Assembly: GCA_900540955.1 (NCBI GenBank)
Contig: UQIF01000001.1
Span: 105,439-169,438, forward strand
Direction of reading: 5' to 3'
Origin: an uncultured Olsenella sp.
Lineage (GTDB): Bacteria; Actinomycetota; Coriobacteriia; Coriobacteriales; Atopobiaceae
DNA length: 64,000 bases
Numbering within the stretch: the first letter of the stretch is position 1; each line of letters starts with the position of its first letter. This document shows positions 46,892 through 58,046 of the stretch, piece after piece. Both the position numbers and the translations under genes were made by a program. A model generated the notes under the pieces. That model worked only from the letters and a program-made list of their open reading frames with translations, was not told the origin of the DNA and searched no databases.

Positions 46892-48466
46892 ATGAACCAG
46901 GGTCAGGATCGCGGCGGCTCGTACGAGGGTCCCTATGGCGATCGGTACAGCGGAAACCACCCAGCCCCTCGCCGCAGCGGGCGCGGCCATCGCAGAACGG
47001 CCTCTTCCGCACCCGGCTCGGGGGCGGCGCACAAGCAGACGGGTGAAGCCCGGGCTTCGCGCCAGGGTGGGCGCCGCGTCCGCGAGGGCTCGTCGACTCC
47101 GCGCTTCGCCGAGCCCGGCTCTCAGCCCGACCGGGGGCAGCAGCGACATCGCCAGGATGCTCGCCGTGAGCAGCTCGGGCGAGCCGCGCAGGGCTACGCC
47201 CCGATGCCGAGGTCGCATGGTCGGCAGAAGGGGAGCTCTTCTCGCCGGAGGGGCCCTGCCGTGCCGGGGATGACGACCATCGTCGGGGCGATCGTGGTTG
47301 TTGTCATTGTTGCTGCCGCTGTCTTCGCCTGGAACACGCGGCCCGTCGACATCAAACTCAACGGGAGCACTACGAGCGTGAAGGTCGGCTCCTCGCTTGA
47401 GGCCATTATCTCGTCAAAGAGGCTCTCCCCGAAGACCGGCGACCTCATCAGCGTCGGCGGCAATGTGCTTCAGCAGGGGCAGGGCTATAAGTTCTCCGCC
47501 TCCGTGAACGGCCAGGACATAGACCCCGACGATGCGGCCTCATACCGCGCCGCCGACGGCGACGACATCACCATCGGCGACGGCGAGAACAGGTACGAGG
47601 AATACGACGTCGACATCGTCGAGGAGCAGCCGAAGCTCGAGATGGGCGGCGACGCCTGGGGAAACATCACCTATATCAGCCAATGGCCTAAGGTGGGCAA
47701 GCATGAGGTCCGCCACGGCAAGACCTCGGGAGAGACTGCCGACGGCGATGTTCTTCAGCAGACCCAGAACTGCGTCGTTACGGTTCACCAGATCAAACCC
47801 GACGACCAGAGCAAAAAGCTCATCGCGCTCACGTTTGACGACGGCCCTGCCGATCCCTACACCGAGAAGTACCTCAGTATCCTCGAGCAGTACGGCTGCA
47901 AGGCGACCTTCTTCAACCTCGGCCAGAACATCGAGGAGTACCCCGACCTCTGCAAGAAGATTGTCGACTCCGGCAACGAGCTCATGAGCCACACCTACCA
48001 GCACCAGCAGCTCACCAAGCTCGACGCCACGTCCCTGCAGGCCGAGTTCAAAAACGCGTTTGACTCCATCAGCCAGGTCGCGGGGGTCGAGACCACGGGC
48101 TTCCGCCCGCCCTACGGCGATTTCAAGGAGTCGTCGTGGCTTAACTCCGGCGGCCTCGCCAGCGTATCGGTCTTGTGGAACCTGGACTCCGAGGACTGGA
48201 GGCGCGCGGGCGTGGACTCCATCGTGAGCAAGTCTACCGGCGGTGCGTTTTCCGGGGCAATCATCCTCATGCACGACGGAGGCGGCCCGCGCGAGCAGGA
48301 CGTCGAGGCGCTTCCCCAGATCATCCAGAAGCTGCAGTCCGAGGGCTACGAATTCGTGACGGTGAGCGAGCTCATGAAGAGCGACTCCTCGATTCCTGCC
48401 GATATCGCGAACGGCGACGCAAAGATGCCCGAGGGCTGCACCTGGCCTACCGAGCTCGCGAGCTAA
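46892..48466 (+). CDS. polysaccharide deacetylase (NodB domain) with Arg/Gly-rich disordered N-terminus and single TM anchor
   Basis: NodB motifs TFDDGP, H(T/S)xxH (MSHTYQHQ), RPPYG and ILMHDGGG. TM segment IVGAIVVVVIVAAAVFAW. Confidence 0.8.
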   Translation: MNQGQDRGGSYEGPYGDRYSGNHPAPRRSGRGHRRTASSAPGSGAAHKQTGEARASRQGGRRVREGSSTPRFAEPGSQPDRGQQRHRQDARREQLGRAAQGYAPMPRSHGRQKGSSSRRRGPAVPGMTTIVGAIVVVVIVAAAVFAWNTRPVDIKLNGSTTSVKVGSSLEAIISSKRLSPKTGDLISVGGNVLQQGQGYKFSASVNGQDIDPDDAASYRAADGDDITIGDGENRYEEYDVDIVEEQPKLEMGGDAWGNITYISQWPKVGKHEVRHGKTSGETADGDVLQQTQNCVVTVHQIKPDDQSKKLIALTFDDGPADPYTEKYLSILEQYGCKATFFNLGQNIEEYPDLCKKIVDSGNELMSHTYQHQQLTKLDATSLQAEFKNAFDSISQVAGVETTGFRPPYGDFKESSWLNSGGLASVSVLWNLDSEDWRRAGVDSIVSKSTGGAFSGAIILMHDGGGPREQDVEALPQIIQKLQSEGYEFVTVSELMKSDSSIPADIANGDAKMPEGCTWPTELAS

Positions 48467-48475
48467 GGCACCCGT

Positions 48476-49159
48476 CTATAACGGAATATCTTCCCAGCTC
48501 TCGAGCCAAACGTCAGCCACCTGCCTCAACGCCGCCTTCGGCTGGCCTGCGCCTGCCACGTCGACGGCGCAGGTGATGAAACCGGCGGATTTGGCCGACC
48601 TCGTGCCGGCGAGGATGTCCTCGAACACGATTGTGCGCGGCGGCTGCGCGCCAATGCGCCGCGCCGCCTCGAGGTAGATGTCCGGGTGTTTCTTGGACTT
48701 GCCGACCTCCTTGCCGCAGACCACGGAGTCGAAGAGCTCGTCCACCTTAATGCGCGGAGCCATAGAGGCCAATACCTGCGGGTCGTTCGTCGTCGCCAAG
48801 GCGAGCGGTACTCCCTGGCCGCGAAGGGCCCGCAGGTAACGCTCGGCCCCTGGCCTTAAGGATGCCTTCGTCTCGTAGAGCGCGGCGCCCATGCGGTTCC
48901 ACTCGTCGCAGATATCCTCGACCGAGTCCCTCACCCCGAATGCCTCGCGTACCCAGACGGCTCCGCCCGTGAAGCCGAGCGTGGCGAGGGTTTGGTGCAC
49001 ATCGGCCGTGTAGGCGATTCCCCGCTGCGAAAAGAAAGCGCGGTCCACCTCTTCCCAGAGCTCCTCGGTTGCCGAGAGGGTTCCGTCGAAATCAAAAATG
49101 GCGAAATCGAAGCCCGCGGGCCAAAGCGTGGGCTTGATGTTCGCGGTGGCTTTGGCCAC
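48476..49159 (-). CDS. HAD-superfamily hydrolase (subfamily IA phosphatase-like)
   Basis: DFAIFDFDGTL motif I, ATTND-type motif II and a C-terminal DD motif. Confidence 0.75.
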   Translation of the reverse strand: MAKATANIKPTLWPAGFDFAIFDFDGTLSATEELWEEVDRAFFSQRGIAYTADVHQTLATLGFTGGAVWVREAFGVRDSVEDICDEWNRMGAALYETKASLRPGAERYLRALRGQGVPLALATTNDPQVLASMAPRIKVDELFDSVVCGKEVGKSKKHPDIYLEAARRIGAQPPRTIVFEDILAGTRSAKSAGFITCAVDVAGAGQPKAALRQVADVWLESWEDIPL

Positions 49160-49167
49160 GTCGCCTC

Positions 49168-51321
49168 CTAGAAGTCGGGCTCATCCTCGAGCGAGCGCAG
49201 AATTCCATGATCGATGTCGTCGCGGGTAAGGGCCACGACGAGGAAGAGAAGCTCTTTGCCGGGTATGAAGAGGTTCTCATCGATCGAGGCGGCGGCCCCT
49301 TCGCGAAGCACCTCGACCACTTCGTCGGTCGGAGCCAGGGGAATCCCGCGATCGGCGAGCGCCTGCAGCGCCCGCTCATCGGAAAGGGACTCCTCAGGCG
49401 TCGCCCCGAGCAGGCTCGAGATCTGGCGGGCGGCCTCCACGATTCCTGCGGGCAGGACTTTCATGGCCATCTGATAGCATGCCTGCGAAGCCACCATGTT
49501 CCCGAGTTTCCATTGGAGCTGCGCCATGGTGATGTAGCCGAAGCCTATACTCTGGGTGTCGCTCGCGCACTCGAGCATGCGCGAGCATTCGGCGACGGAT
49601 TCCTCCACGCGGCCGAGCTCGAGCAGGCAATGGCTGAAGTTGAGCGAGGCCTGGGTCGAGAGGGGGGCCAAGCGAGCCGCCTGGCGGGCGAGGTCGCATG
49701 CGGCCTCTGGCCTTCCGAGCAAAAGATCGGAGGCCGAGAGCAGCTGAAGCGCGTCGAAGTACGGCCGAGGCGCGAGGTTAATCTCCGTGCCCTCCGGTGA
49801 GAAGAGCCTATTGTAGAGAACTCGGTTCGCGTAGCCGTCGAAAACGCGCCAGCAGGCCTCGGCTGAGTCGCGGAACCGGCCTTCCGCCTCAATGGGCGCG
49901 AGCGCCTCCGCGACGGCGGAGGCGCAGGCGGCGGCGTCGCCTTTGAGGAGGCATTCCTGGGCCCTGCGGGTAACTTCGGCAAGCTCGCCGGCGTTTTGAA
50001 ACGCCTCGTATATGGCCTCGGGATCGGATTCGTCCAGGTCACCGGCGATAAGCCCGCCTGCGACCTTGCGCGCGGCGGCCATGACGCGGGGGTCTGCCGT
50101 CTCGTCTGCCAGGGCCATGATCGCGCGGACATTGGCCTGGGTCGAGTCGGTGAGCAGCGAGGCAGCCTTGCGCCCCACCTCCGCCACAAGCGCGCCCTCG
50201 TCCACAGAGATGCCGGAGACCTCTCGGCAACCGAGCGCCGCTCCCGCGGGCGGCGAGAGCTTGCGGTCTGTAAGCTCCGGGCGCTCATGGCGCCCCCTCG
50301 GGCAGAACCGCTCGTCGTCGAGCGAGAAGCCCTGCGCCACGGGCGAGAGCGTCCCTCCCGACTCGTCGATGGCGGCACAGAGGAAGCGCATGAGCGTGAT
50401 CGGCTCCAAGTGCGCGAGGTCGAGGCCCTCGAGGTCCTCCCGCTCGAGGACCGCCGAGCAGTAGCAGGCATGGCTCGTTGCCGTGTCGACGACGCCTGCA
50501 ACCCAAATGCGCCGCAGGTCGCAGGTATTGGCAAAGGTGTATGCAGCGATCATTGCGAGTACTCTGAGGTTGTAGTCGGTCGCGGCGGCGCGTCGCATGG
50601 CCTCGCTGGCGGCAACGATGCCGATGCCGTCGACAAGGACGGTGCGCGGCATAATCCGGGGCGGCGTGAGGTCCACCTCGATCGCGGCCTCACCTGTGGC
50701 GGAGTTGACCCGAAACCTCGCCTGGAGGCGGTAGGGAAGCCTTAGACACTCGATGCCCGCGGCTATCGCGCGCCGGTCCCTCCATTCGCCGCTTGCCTTC
50801 TCCTCGTCGAGGCCGACGACGGGGCTCGTCGCCTGCTGGGCGACCGACCGCGCTATGCGCCGCTCTGTTCTCACGACCTCCTCCATGCCTGCGGAGAGAG
50901 GCTCATCGAGAAGGGCAGAGCTCATAAGGCAGGCGTTCAGCGCCGCCTCGGCGCCGAGCACCCTGAGCTTCGCGAGGTAGGGGAGCTCGGGATCGTCTAT
51001 CCGCAGGTAAAATAAACCGCTCGTCTTTGGGCGGACAACGCGAAAAGCCGGCGTTATCCCGTCGTCTCCCAGAAGCCCGGATTCGTCCAGCCTATCCGCG
51101 AGCCTCGCCTCGAGCGCGCAGGCGTGCCTGTCGGCGCGCACGCGCGAGGCGAATCCCTTGAGGAGGGCGACGGGGTCGTCCGCCGCCATGAGCTTCCTGC
51201 CGAGGCGGTCGATGTCGAAGGCGTCCTCAGCCGTCGCCCCTGCATCGGCGGCGCATCCCGCCATGGCGGCAAACAGCTCCCCAATGTTCTTCTTGCTCGT
51301 GTTCTCGGGTCCTTGGCTCAT
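49168..51321 (-). CDS. large hypothetical protein with TPR-like C-terminal region
   Basis: 717 aa with no catalytic motif recognised. C-terminal helical repeats. 8-10 nt gaps to the flanking genes (operon). Confidence 0.6.
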   Translation of the reverse strand: MSQGPENTSKKNIGELFAAMAGCAADAGATAEDAFDIDRLGRKLMAADDPVALLKGFASRVRADRHACALEARLADRLDESGLLGDDGITPAFRVVRPKTSGLFYLRIDDPELPYLAKLRVLGAEAALNACLMSSALLDEPLSAGMEEVVRTERRIARSVAQQATSPVVGLDEEKASGEWRDRRAIAAGIECLRLPYRLQARFRVNSATGEAAIEVDLTPPRIMPRTVLVDGIGIVAASEAMRRAAATDYNLRVLAMIAAYTFANTCDLRRIWVAGVVDTATSHACYCSAVLEREDLEGLDLAHLEPITLMRFLCAAIDESGGTLSPVAQGFSLDDERFCPRGRHERPELTDRKLSPPAGAALGCREVSGISVDEGALVAEVGRKAASLLTDSTQANVRAIMALADETADPRVMAAARKVAGGLIAGDLDESDPEAIYEAFQNAGELAEVTRRAQECLLKGDAAACASAVAEALAPIEAEGRFRDSAEACWRVFDGYANRVLYNRLFSPEGTEINLAPRPYFDALQLLSASDLLLGRPEAACDLARQAARLAPLSTQASLNFSHCLLELGRVEESVAECSRMLECASDTQSIGFGYITMAQLQWKLGNMVASQACYQMAMKVLPAGIVEAARQISSLLGATPEESLSDERALQALADRGIPLAPTDEVVEVLREGAAASIDENLFIPGKELLFLVVALTRDDIDHGILRSLEDEPDF

Positions 51322-51330
51322 GGTGCTCAG

Positions 51331-52581
51331 CTACTTCTTGTCAGCGATCTTCCGGATAAAGAGCCCGCTTCTGAGCTTCGGCTCGAACCAGGTTGATTTC
51401 GGGGGCATAAGTAGGTCGGCGTCGGCCACGCCCATGAGGTCCGCGACCGAGGTGGCGCAGAGGCTGAAGGCGACGCCGGCGTCACCGGCTCGGCGCTCGA
51501 GCTCGTCGGGGCCGGCGTTGCCGCCTACGAAGCTGATCCGCGGATCGCACCTTGGGTCTCCGATGCCGAGCACGGGGCCCAGAACGCGGTCTTGCAGGCG
51601 CGAGGCGTCGAGCGAGGCCACGGGGTCGGCGTCGGCCTTCTCGTCGCCGAGCCAGGTAAGGCGCCTCCAGGAGCCGCCGGCGTACATGCCGAAGACGCCC
51701 TTCTTGCCGGGCCACACGGGCTCGTCGAGAGGCTCCGACACCTCGAAGTTGGCCTTTTCGACGGCGCGGCACAGCTCCTCGGCGTCGAGGCCGCCCATGT
51801 CGGCGACGACGCGGTTGTAGGGGAGCACCGTGAGCTCGCTTGCGGGGAAGAGAACGCACAGCAGGTAGTTGAAGGGCTCGTCGCCGGTGAGGCCCCCTCC
51901 CGCCTCCTCGCGCATCTGGGCGCAGACACGGGCGGCGGAGGCGGCGCGGTGGTGCCCGTCGGCGATGTAGGCGCGCGGCATGCGGGCGAGCATGAGCTTG
52001 AACGCCTCGACGGCCTCGGGGCGCCCTATGCGCCAGACGGTCTGCCGCACTCCCTCGGCGTCCTCGAAGTCGTAGAGCGGCTCAGCCTCCTTCGCGGCGG
52101 CCACGAGGAAGGAGAGCGTCGGGTCGTCTCGGTATGCGAGGAAAATCGGGCCCGTTTGGCAACCGGTCGCCTGGATATGGCGGACGCGGTCGTCCTCCTT
52201 GTCGCGCCGCGTGAGCTCGTGGCGTTTGATGGTGCCGTCCATGTAGTCGTCGAGGGCGCAGGCGGCGACGATGCCGGTCTGCGAGCGGCCGTTTTGGGCG
52301 AGGCGATAGAGGTAGTAGCACTTGTTGGGGTCCCGCATCAGGGTGCCGTCGGCGGCGCGCTCCTCGAGGATTTGCCTCGCGGCGGCGTAGACGTCGTCTG
52401 CGTACATGTCGTGGTCCGGGGTAAATGCGGTCTCCGGGCGGTCGATGGCAAGAAACGAGCCGGGATGGGCGGCGACGTAGGCAGCGGCCTCGGCTCGGTC
52501 GAACACGTCGTAGGGAAGCGAGGCGAAGCCTGCGGCCTTGTCGGGGTTCGGTCGCAGGCAGGCGAAAGGCAGCGCGCGCAT
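51331..52581 (-). CDS. DUF1015-family protein
   Basis: 416 aa MRALPFACLRPNPDKAAGFASLPYDVFDR... with YIADGHHRAASA motif, matching the conserved uncharacterised DUF1015 architecture. Confidence 0.65.
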   Translation of the reverse strand: MRALPFACLRPNPDKAAGFASLPYDVFDRAEAAAYVAAHPGSFLAIDRPETAFTPDHDMYADDVYAAARQILEERAADGTLMRDPNKCYYLYRLAQNGRSQTGIVAACALDDYMDGTIKRHELTRRDKEDDRVRHIQATGCQTGPIFLAYRDDPTLSFLVAAAKEAEPLYDFEDAEGVRQTVWRIGRPEAVEAFKLMLARMPRAYIADGHHRAASAARVCAQMREEAGGGLTGDEPFNYLLCVLFPASELTVLPYNRVVADMGGLDAEELCRAVEKANFEVSEPLDEPVWPGKKGVFGMYAGGSWRRLTWLGDEKADADPVASLDASRLQDRVLGPVLGIGDPRCDPRISFVGGNAGPDELERRAGDAGVAFSLCATSVADLMGVADADLLMPPKSTWFEPKLRSGLFIRKIADKK

Positions 52582-52694
52582 ATGATCTCCTCAAAGTGAG
52601 GTCGTAACGGTTCGGGCACCTGTTTATCTTACCCTGCTCAACGTCGATGTCGCTCTGCTATGCTCACACTCGTTACCTACGAAAGGAAAGCCGC

Positions 52695-53360
52695 ATGCCG
52701 TCCGACCTCACGCACAAGAAGCTCATCGTGTTCGATTTCGACGGGACCCTCGTCGACTCCATGCCGGGCATCGTGGCCGTCGCGCGCTCCGTCATGCACG
52801 ACCACGGCTGGAGCGACGAGGAGCTCGGCGACATGACCAGGCTCGTCGGCCCGCCGTTTCCCCAGGCGTTCACCGCGGTTTACGGCATTTCGGAGGCCGA
52901 GGCCGAGCGGATCACCGCCGAGTACCGCAGCGTCTACGCGAGCCTCGGCCGCGATGGTTGGCCGCTGTTCGACGGCATGGGCGATCTTCTGCGCGACCTC
53001 AAGTCAGCGGGCAAGCTCCTCGGGACCGCATCCTCCAAGCGTGAGTTCCTCCTTGAGCGCGGCCTTTCGACCAACGGGATCCTCGATTTGTTCGACTACC
53101 CCATGGCAAAGAAGTCCGATCACGGCGACTCAAAGGAAGCGGCCCTCGGGCGTGTGCTCGAGTCGTCGGGCGTGGACGCTGCGGACGCCGTCATGGTCGG
53201 CGACCGCAGGTTCGACGCGGAGGCGGCCTCCTCATGCGGCGTCGAGTGCGTCGGCGTCCTCTACGGCCACACCGCCCCGCGCTCCGAGCTCGAGGGGGCC
53301 GGCTGCGTCGCCGTGGCAGAGACCGTCGATGAGCTGCGCTCCGTTCTTCTTGGCAACTAA
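52695..53360 (+). CDS. HAD-superfamily hydrolase (phosphoglycolate phosphatase-like)
   Basis: LIVFDFDGTLVDS motif I, GTASSK, and a C-terminal GDRRFD motif. Confidence 0.75.
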   Translation: MPSDLTHKKLIVFDFDGTLVDSMPGIVAVARSVMHDHGWSDEELGDMTRLVGPPFPQAFTAVYGISEAEAERITAEYRSVYASLGRDGWPLFDGMGDLLRDLKSAGKLLGTASSKREFLLERGLSTNGILDLFDYPMAKKSDHGDSKEAALGRVLESSGVDAADAVMVGDRRFDAEAASSCGVECVGVLYGHTAPRSELEGAGCVAVAETVDELRSVLLGN

Positions 53361-53469
53361 ATCCCGCCGTAGGCGGACCGGGGTGAAAATGCCCGCGTCC
53401 TATGGGGTAGAGTAGCCGTATCCGCAGGCCTGGGCCTGCGAGCCGATTGTTCGGAGAAAGGAGCCTTAA

Positions 53470-53859
53470 ATGGCTGGGTTCGATATTAGCGATGGCATCT
53501 ACAAGGCGTTCCTTGCGGGCGTGGGCGCCGTCGCGTCCGGTGCCGAGAAGGGTCAGCAGGTCATCGACGAGTTCGTGAAGAAGGGCCAGATCACGGTTGA
53601 GCAGGGCAAGAACCTCAACTCCGAGCTCACCCGCAAGGTCAAGGAGACCTTCGATGCCACGGTAAGCGGCGCCTCCGACTCTGCCCTGCGCTCGAGGCTC
53701 GAGTCCATGACGCCCGAGCAGCGCGCCGAGTACGCAAAGAAGGTCGCCGACATGAGCGCCGCGATCGATGCCGAGCGCGCCGGTGCGGCGGCGGACGCCG
53801 TTGCCGAGGACGCTCCGGTGGCCGCCGAGGACGTCGTCGAGCCCGACGCCACTGAGTAG
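53470..53859 (+). CDS. phasin-like / small acidic helical protein
   Basis: 129 aa MAGFDISDGIYKAFLAGVGAVASGAEKGQQVIDEFVKKGQITVEQGKNL... Resembles the PHA-granule phasin N-terminus, but the assignment is weak. Confidence 0.45.
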   Translation: MAGFDISDGIYKAFLAGVGAVASGAEKGQQVIDEFVKKGQITVEQGKNLNSELTRKVKETFDATVSGASDSALRSRLESMTPEQRAEYAKKVADMSAAIDAERAGAAADAVAEDAPVAAEDVVEPDATE

Positions 53860-53866
53860 CCCTGGC

Positions 53867-55642
<1,776 letters not shown>

Positions 55643-55664
55643 CGTCCTTGTTATCGATAGATGG

Positions 55665-55719
55665 TAAATAAATCCCAGGTCACAGCCATGCAATTTGGCT
55701 GGGGCCTGGGATTTATTTA
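55665..55719. terminator. 15-bp perfect-stem hairpin between convergent ubiB and tex
   Basis: TAAATAAATCCCAGG-(25 nt)-CCTGGGATTTATTTA. It is followed by a (GGAT)4-5 microsatellite at ~55727-55745. Confidence 0.5.
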
Positions 55720-55749
55720 CGGCAGGAAGGATGGATGGATGGATGGGCG

Positions 55750-57897
55750 CTATTTTCCCTGGACCATGGTCAGCGAGATTTTCTTGCGGTCTAGATCGAC
55801 CTTCTCGACCCAGACCGTCACGTTGTCTCCCACGCGCACGACGTCGCTCGGGTGCTTGACGAAGCGGTTCGCGAGCTTCGAGATGTGCACGAGGCCGTCC
55901 TGATGGACGCCCACGTCGACGAAGGCTCCGAAGTCGACGACGTTGCGCACCGTGCCCTTGAGCTCCATGCCAGGCCGAAGGTCCTCGATCGAGAGCGCTG
56001 CCCGGCTGAAGATCACCTCGGGGGCGTCGTCTCGCGGGTCGCGCCCTGGCTTCTTGAGCTCGCCGACGATGTCGATGAGGGTGGGGGCACCGCAGCCAAG
56101 GTCGCCCGCGAGGTCGGCGACGCTGCCCAGGCGGCGCTCGATGTCGGGCACGCCGCCGCGCTTGAGCTCGTCGGCGGAGACGCCCGCGCGCTTGAGCACC
56201 TCGGTGGCCACGGGGTAGCTCTCGGGGTGGACGCTCGTGGCGTCCAGGGGGTTGTCGCCCCCGGTGATGCGCAAAAAGCCGGCGGAGTTGAGGAATGCCT
56301 TGGGCCCGAGCTTGGGAACCTTCTTGAGCTGGCGCCTGTCGGTGAAGGCGCCGTTCTCCTCGCGGTATGCGACGATGTTGTCGGCCACCGCGGAGGTGAT
56401 GCCCGAGACGTAGCCCAGAAGGCTCGCGCTTGCGGTGTTCACATCCACGCCGACGCGGTTGACCACGTCCTCGACGACGTTTCCGAGCGTGCGGGAGAGC
56501 TCCGCCTGGTCAAGGTCGTGCTGGTACTGGCCTACGCCTATTGACTGGGGCGGGATCTTTACCAGCTCGGCGAGCGGGTCTTGCAGGCGTCGTCCCAGGC
56601 TCATGGCGCCGCGCACGGTGACGTCGAGGTCGGGGTATTCGCGGCTCGCGAGCTCGGATGCCGAGTAGACTGAGGCGCCCGCCTCGTTGACGATGGTGTA
56701 ACGGAGCTCCGGCGCCTGCTCGGAGATGAACTCCGAGACGACCTCCTCGGTCTCGCGGCTCGCGGTGCCGTTTCCGATGACGATGGTGTTGACGCGGTCT
56801 TTGCTCACCAGGCGGGCAAGCTCGCGCTTGGTTCCCGCGACGTCGTGGCGGGGCTTGGTGGGATAGACCACGCCGTGGTCGAGGAGCTTGCCGAACTCAT
56901 CGATGACGGCGACCTTGCAGCCGGTCCGGTATCCCGGGTCGAGCGCGAGGACCCTCGCGCCCCTCACAGGCCTTGCGGAAAGCAGGCCCTCGAGGTTCTT
57001 CGCAAAGACGTCGATGGCGTCGGCCTGCGCGCGTGCGGTGAGGTCGGAGCGGGCCTCGCGCTCGAGCGAGGGGGCCATGAGGCGTCTGTAGCCGTCTGCG
57101 ACGGCGGCGTCGAATACCGGGGCAAAGACGCCCTGTCGGCGCGGCCATCGGCGTCCGAGCCGCTCCACCGCCGCGGCGCCGTCGACGTTCACGCGCACGC
57201 GGAGCTTGCCCTCGCGCTCGCCGCGGTCGATAGCGAGGATGCGGTGGTTGGGGATCTTGCGCAGGGGCTCCGAGAAGCCGTAATACGGCTCGTAGGGGGT
57301 CTTCTCGGCGGCATCGGTCGCCTCTACGACGATGTCGGCGGTGTTTCTGGTGAACGCGCGCAGCTCGGCGACGTTCTCTGGGTCCTCCGCCACGGTCTCG
57401 GCCACGATATCCGAAGCGCCGGCGAGGGCCTTCTCGGGCGTGTCGAATCCGGCCTCCTCGTTGACGTAGGCGGCCGCCGCGTCGAGCGCCGACCCTCTGG
57501 CGGACGCCTGCATGATGATCATGTTCGCCAAGGGCTCGAGTCCGGCTTCGCGCGCCTTCTGGGCGCGGGTGAGTCGCTTCTTTCGGAAGGGCTTGTACAG
57601 GTCGAGCACGCGCTGCAGGGTCGCGGCCTCTGCGATCTGGGACCTGAGCTCATCGGTGAGCTTGCCCTGCGCGTCGATGAGGGCGATGACGTCTTGCTTG
57701 CGCTCCTCGAGGTTTCGCAGGTAGGAAAGGCGCTCCTCGAGGGCGCGGAGCGCCACGTCGTCCATGCCGCCCGTCGCCTCCTTGCGGTAGCGCGCGATGA
57801 AGGGGATGGTGTTCCCCTCGTCGATGAGCTTGACCGCCGCCTCGACGTCGGTCTTCTTTAGCTTGAGTTCCTCGGCCAGCTTGGCAATAAGGTCCAT
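55750..57897 (-). CDS. tex: transcription accessory protein Tex (YqgF/RNase-H-like, HhH, S1 domains)
   Basis: 715 aa MDLIAKLAEELKLKKTDVEAAVKLIDEGNTIPFIARYRKE. The C-terminal S1 domain ends ...GDNVTVWVEKVDLDRKKISLTM. Confidence 0.9.
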   Translation of the reverse strand: MDLIAKLAEELKLKKTDVEAAVKLIDEGNTIPFIARYRKEATGGMDDVALRALEERLSYLRNLEERKQDVIALIDAQGKLTDELRSQIAEAATLQRVLDLYKPFRKKRLTRAQKAREAGLEPLANMIIMQASARGSALDAAAAYVNEEAGFDTPEKALAGASDIVAETVAEDPENVAELRAFTRNTADIVVEATDAAEKTPYEPYYGFSEPLRKIPNHRILAIDRGEREGKLRVRVNVDGAAAVERLGRRWPRRQGVFAPVFDAAVADGYRRLMAPSLEREARSDLTARAQADAIDVFAKNLEGLLSARPVRGARVLALDPGYRTGCKVAVIDEFGKLLDHGVVYPTKPRHDVAGTKRELARLVSKDRVNTIVIGNGTASRETEEVVSEFISEQAPELRYTIVNEAGASVYSASELASREYPDLDVTVRGAMSLGRRLQDPLAELVKIPPQSIGVGQYQHDLDQAELSRTLGNVVEDVVNRVGVDVNTASASLLGYVSGITSAVADNIVAYREENGAFTDRRQLKKVPKLGPKAFLNSAGFLRITGGDNPLDATSVHPESYPVATEVLKRAGVSADELKRGGVPDIERRLGSVADLAGDLGCGAPTLIDIVGELKKPGRDPRDDAPEVIFSRAALSIEDLRPGMELKGTVRNVVDFGAFVDVGVHQDGLVHISKLANRFVKHPSDVVRVGDNVTVWVEKVDLDRKKISLTMVQGK

Positions 57898-57972
57898 TCG
57901 ACTCCTTGTCCGTTCCGATTGCTAAAGGCCCTCTAGGATAGCATCGCCCAGGCGCGGCGACCCGACGCCAAA

Positions 57973-58029
57973 GGGCCCCCGGGCCTCTTGTGGCCGCGGT
58001 CCTTCTCGCCACAAGAGGCCCGGGGGCCC
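57973..58029. terminator. 22-bp perfect inverted repeat downstream of ABC operon / upstream of tex
   Basis: GGGCCCCCGGGCCTCTTGTGGC-(13 nt)-GCCACAAGAGGCCCGGGGGCCC. Confidence 0.45.
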
Positions 58030-58046
58030 TCCTTTGTCGCAGCGCG

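Noticed and set aside
53768-53866. ORF-track start of the UbiB kinase at 53768.
   Set aside because: It overlaps the upstream phasin-like gene by 92 nt in another frame. A downstream in-frame GTG is more plausible, though uncertain.
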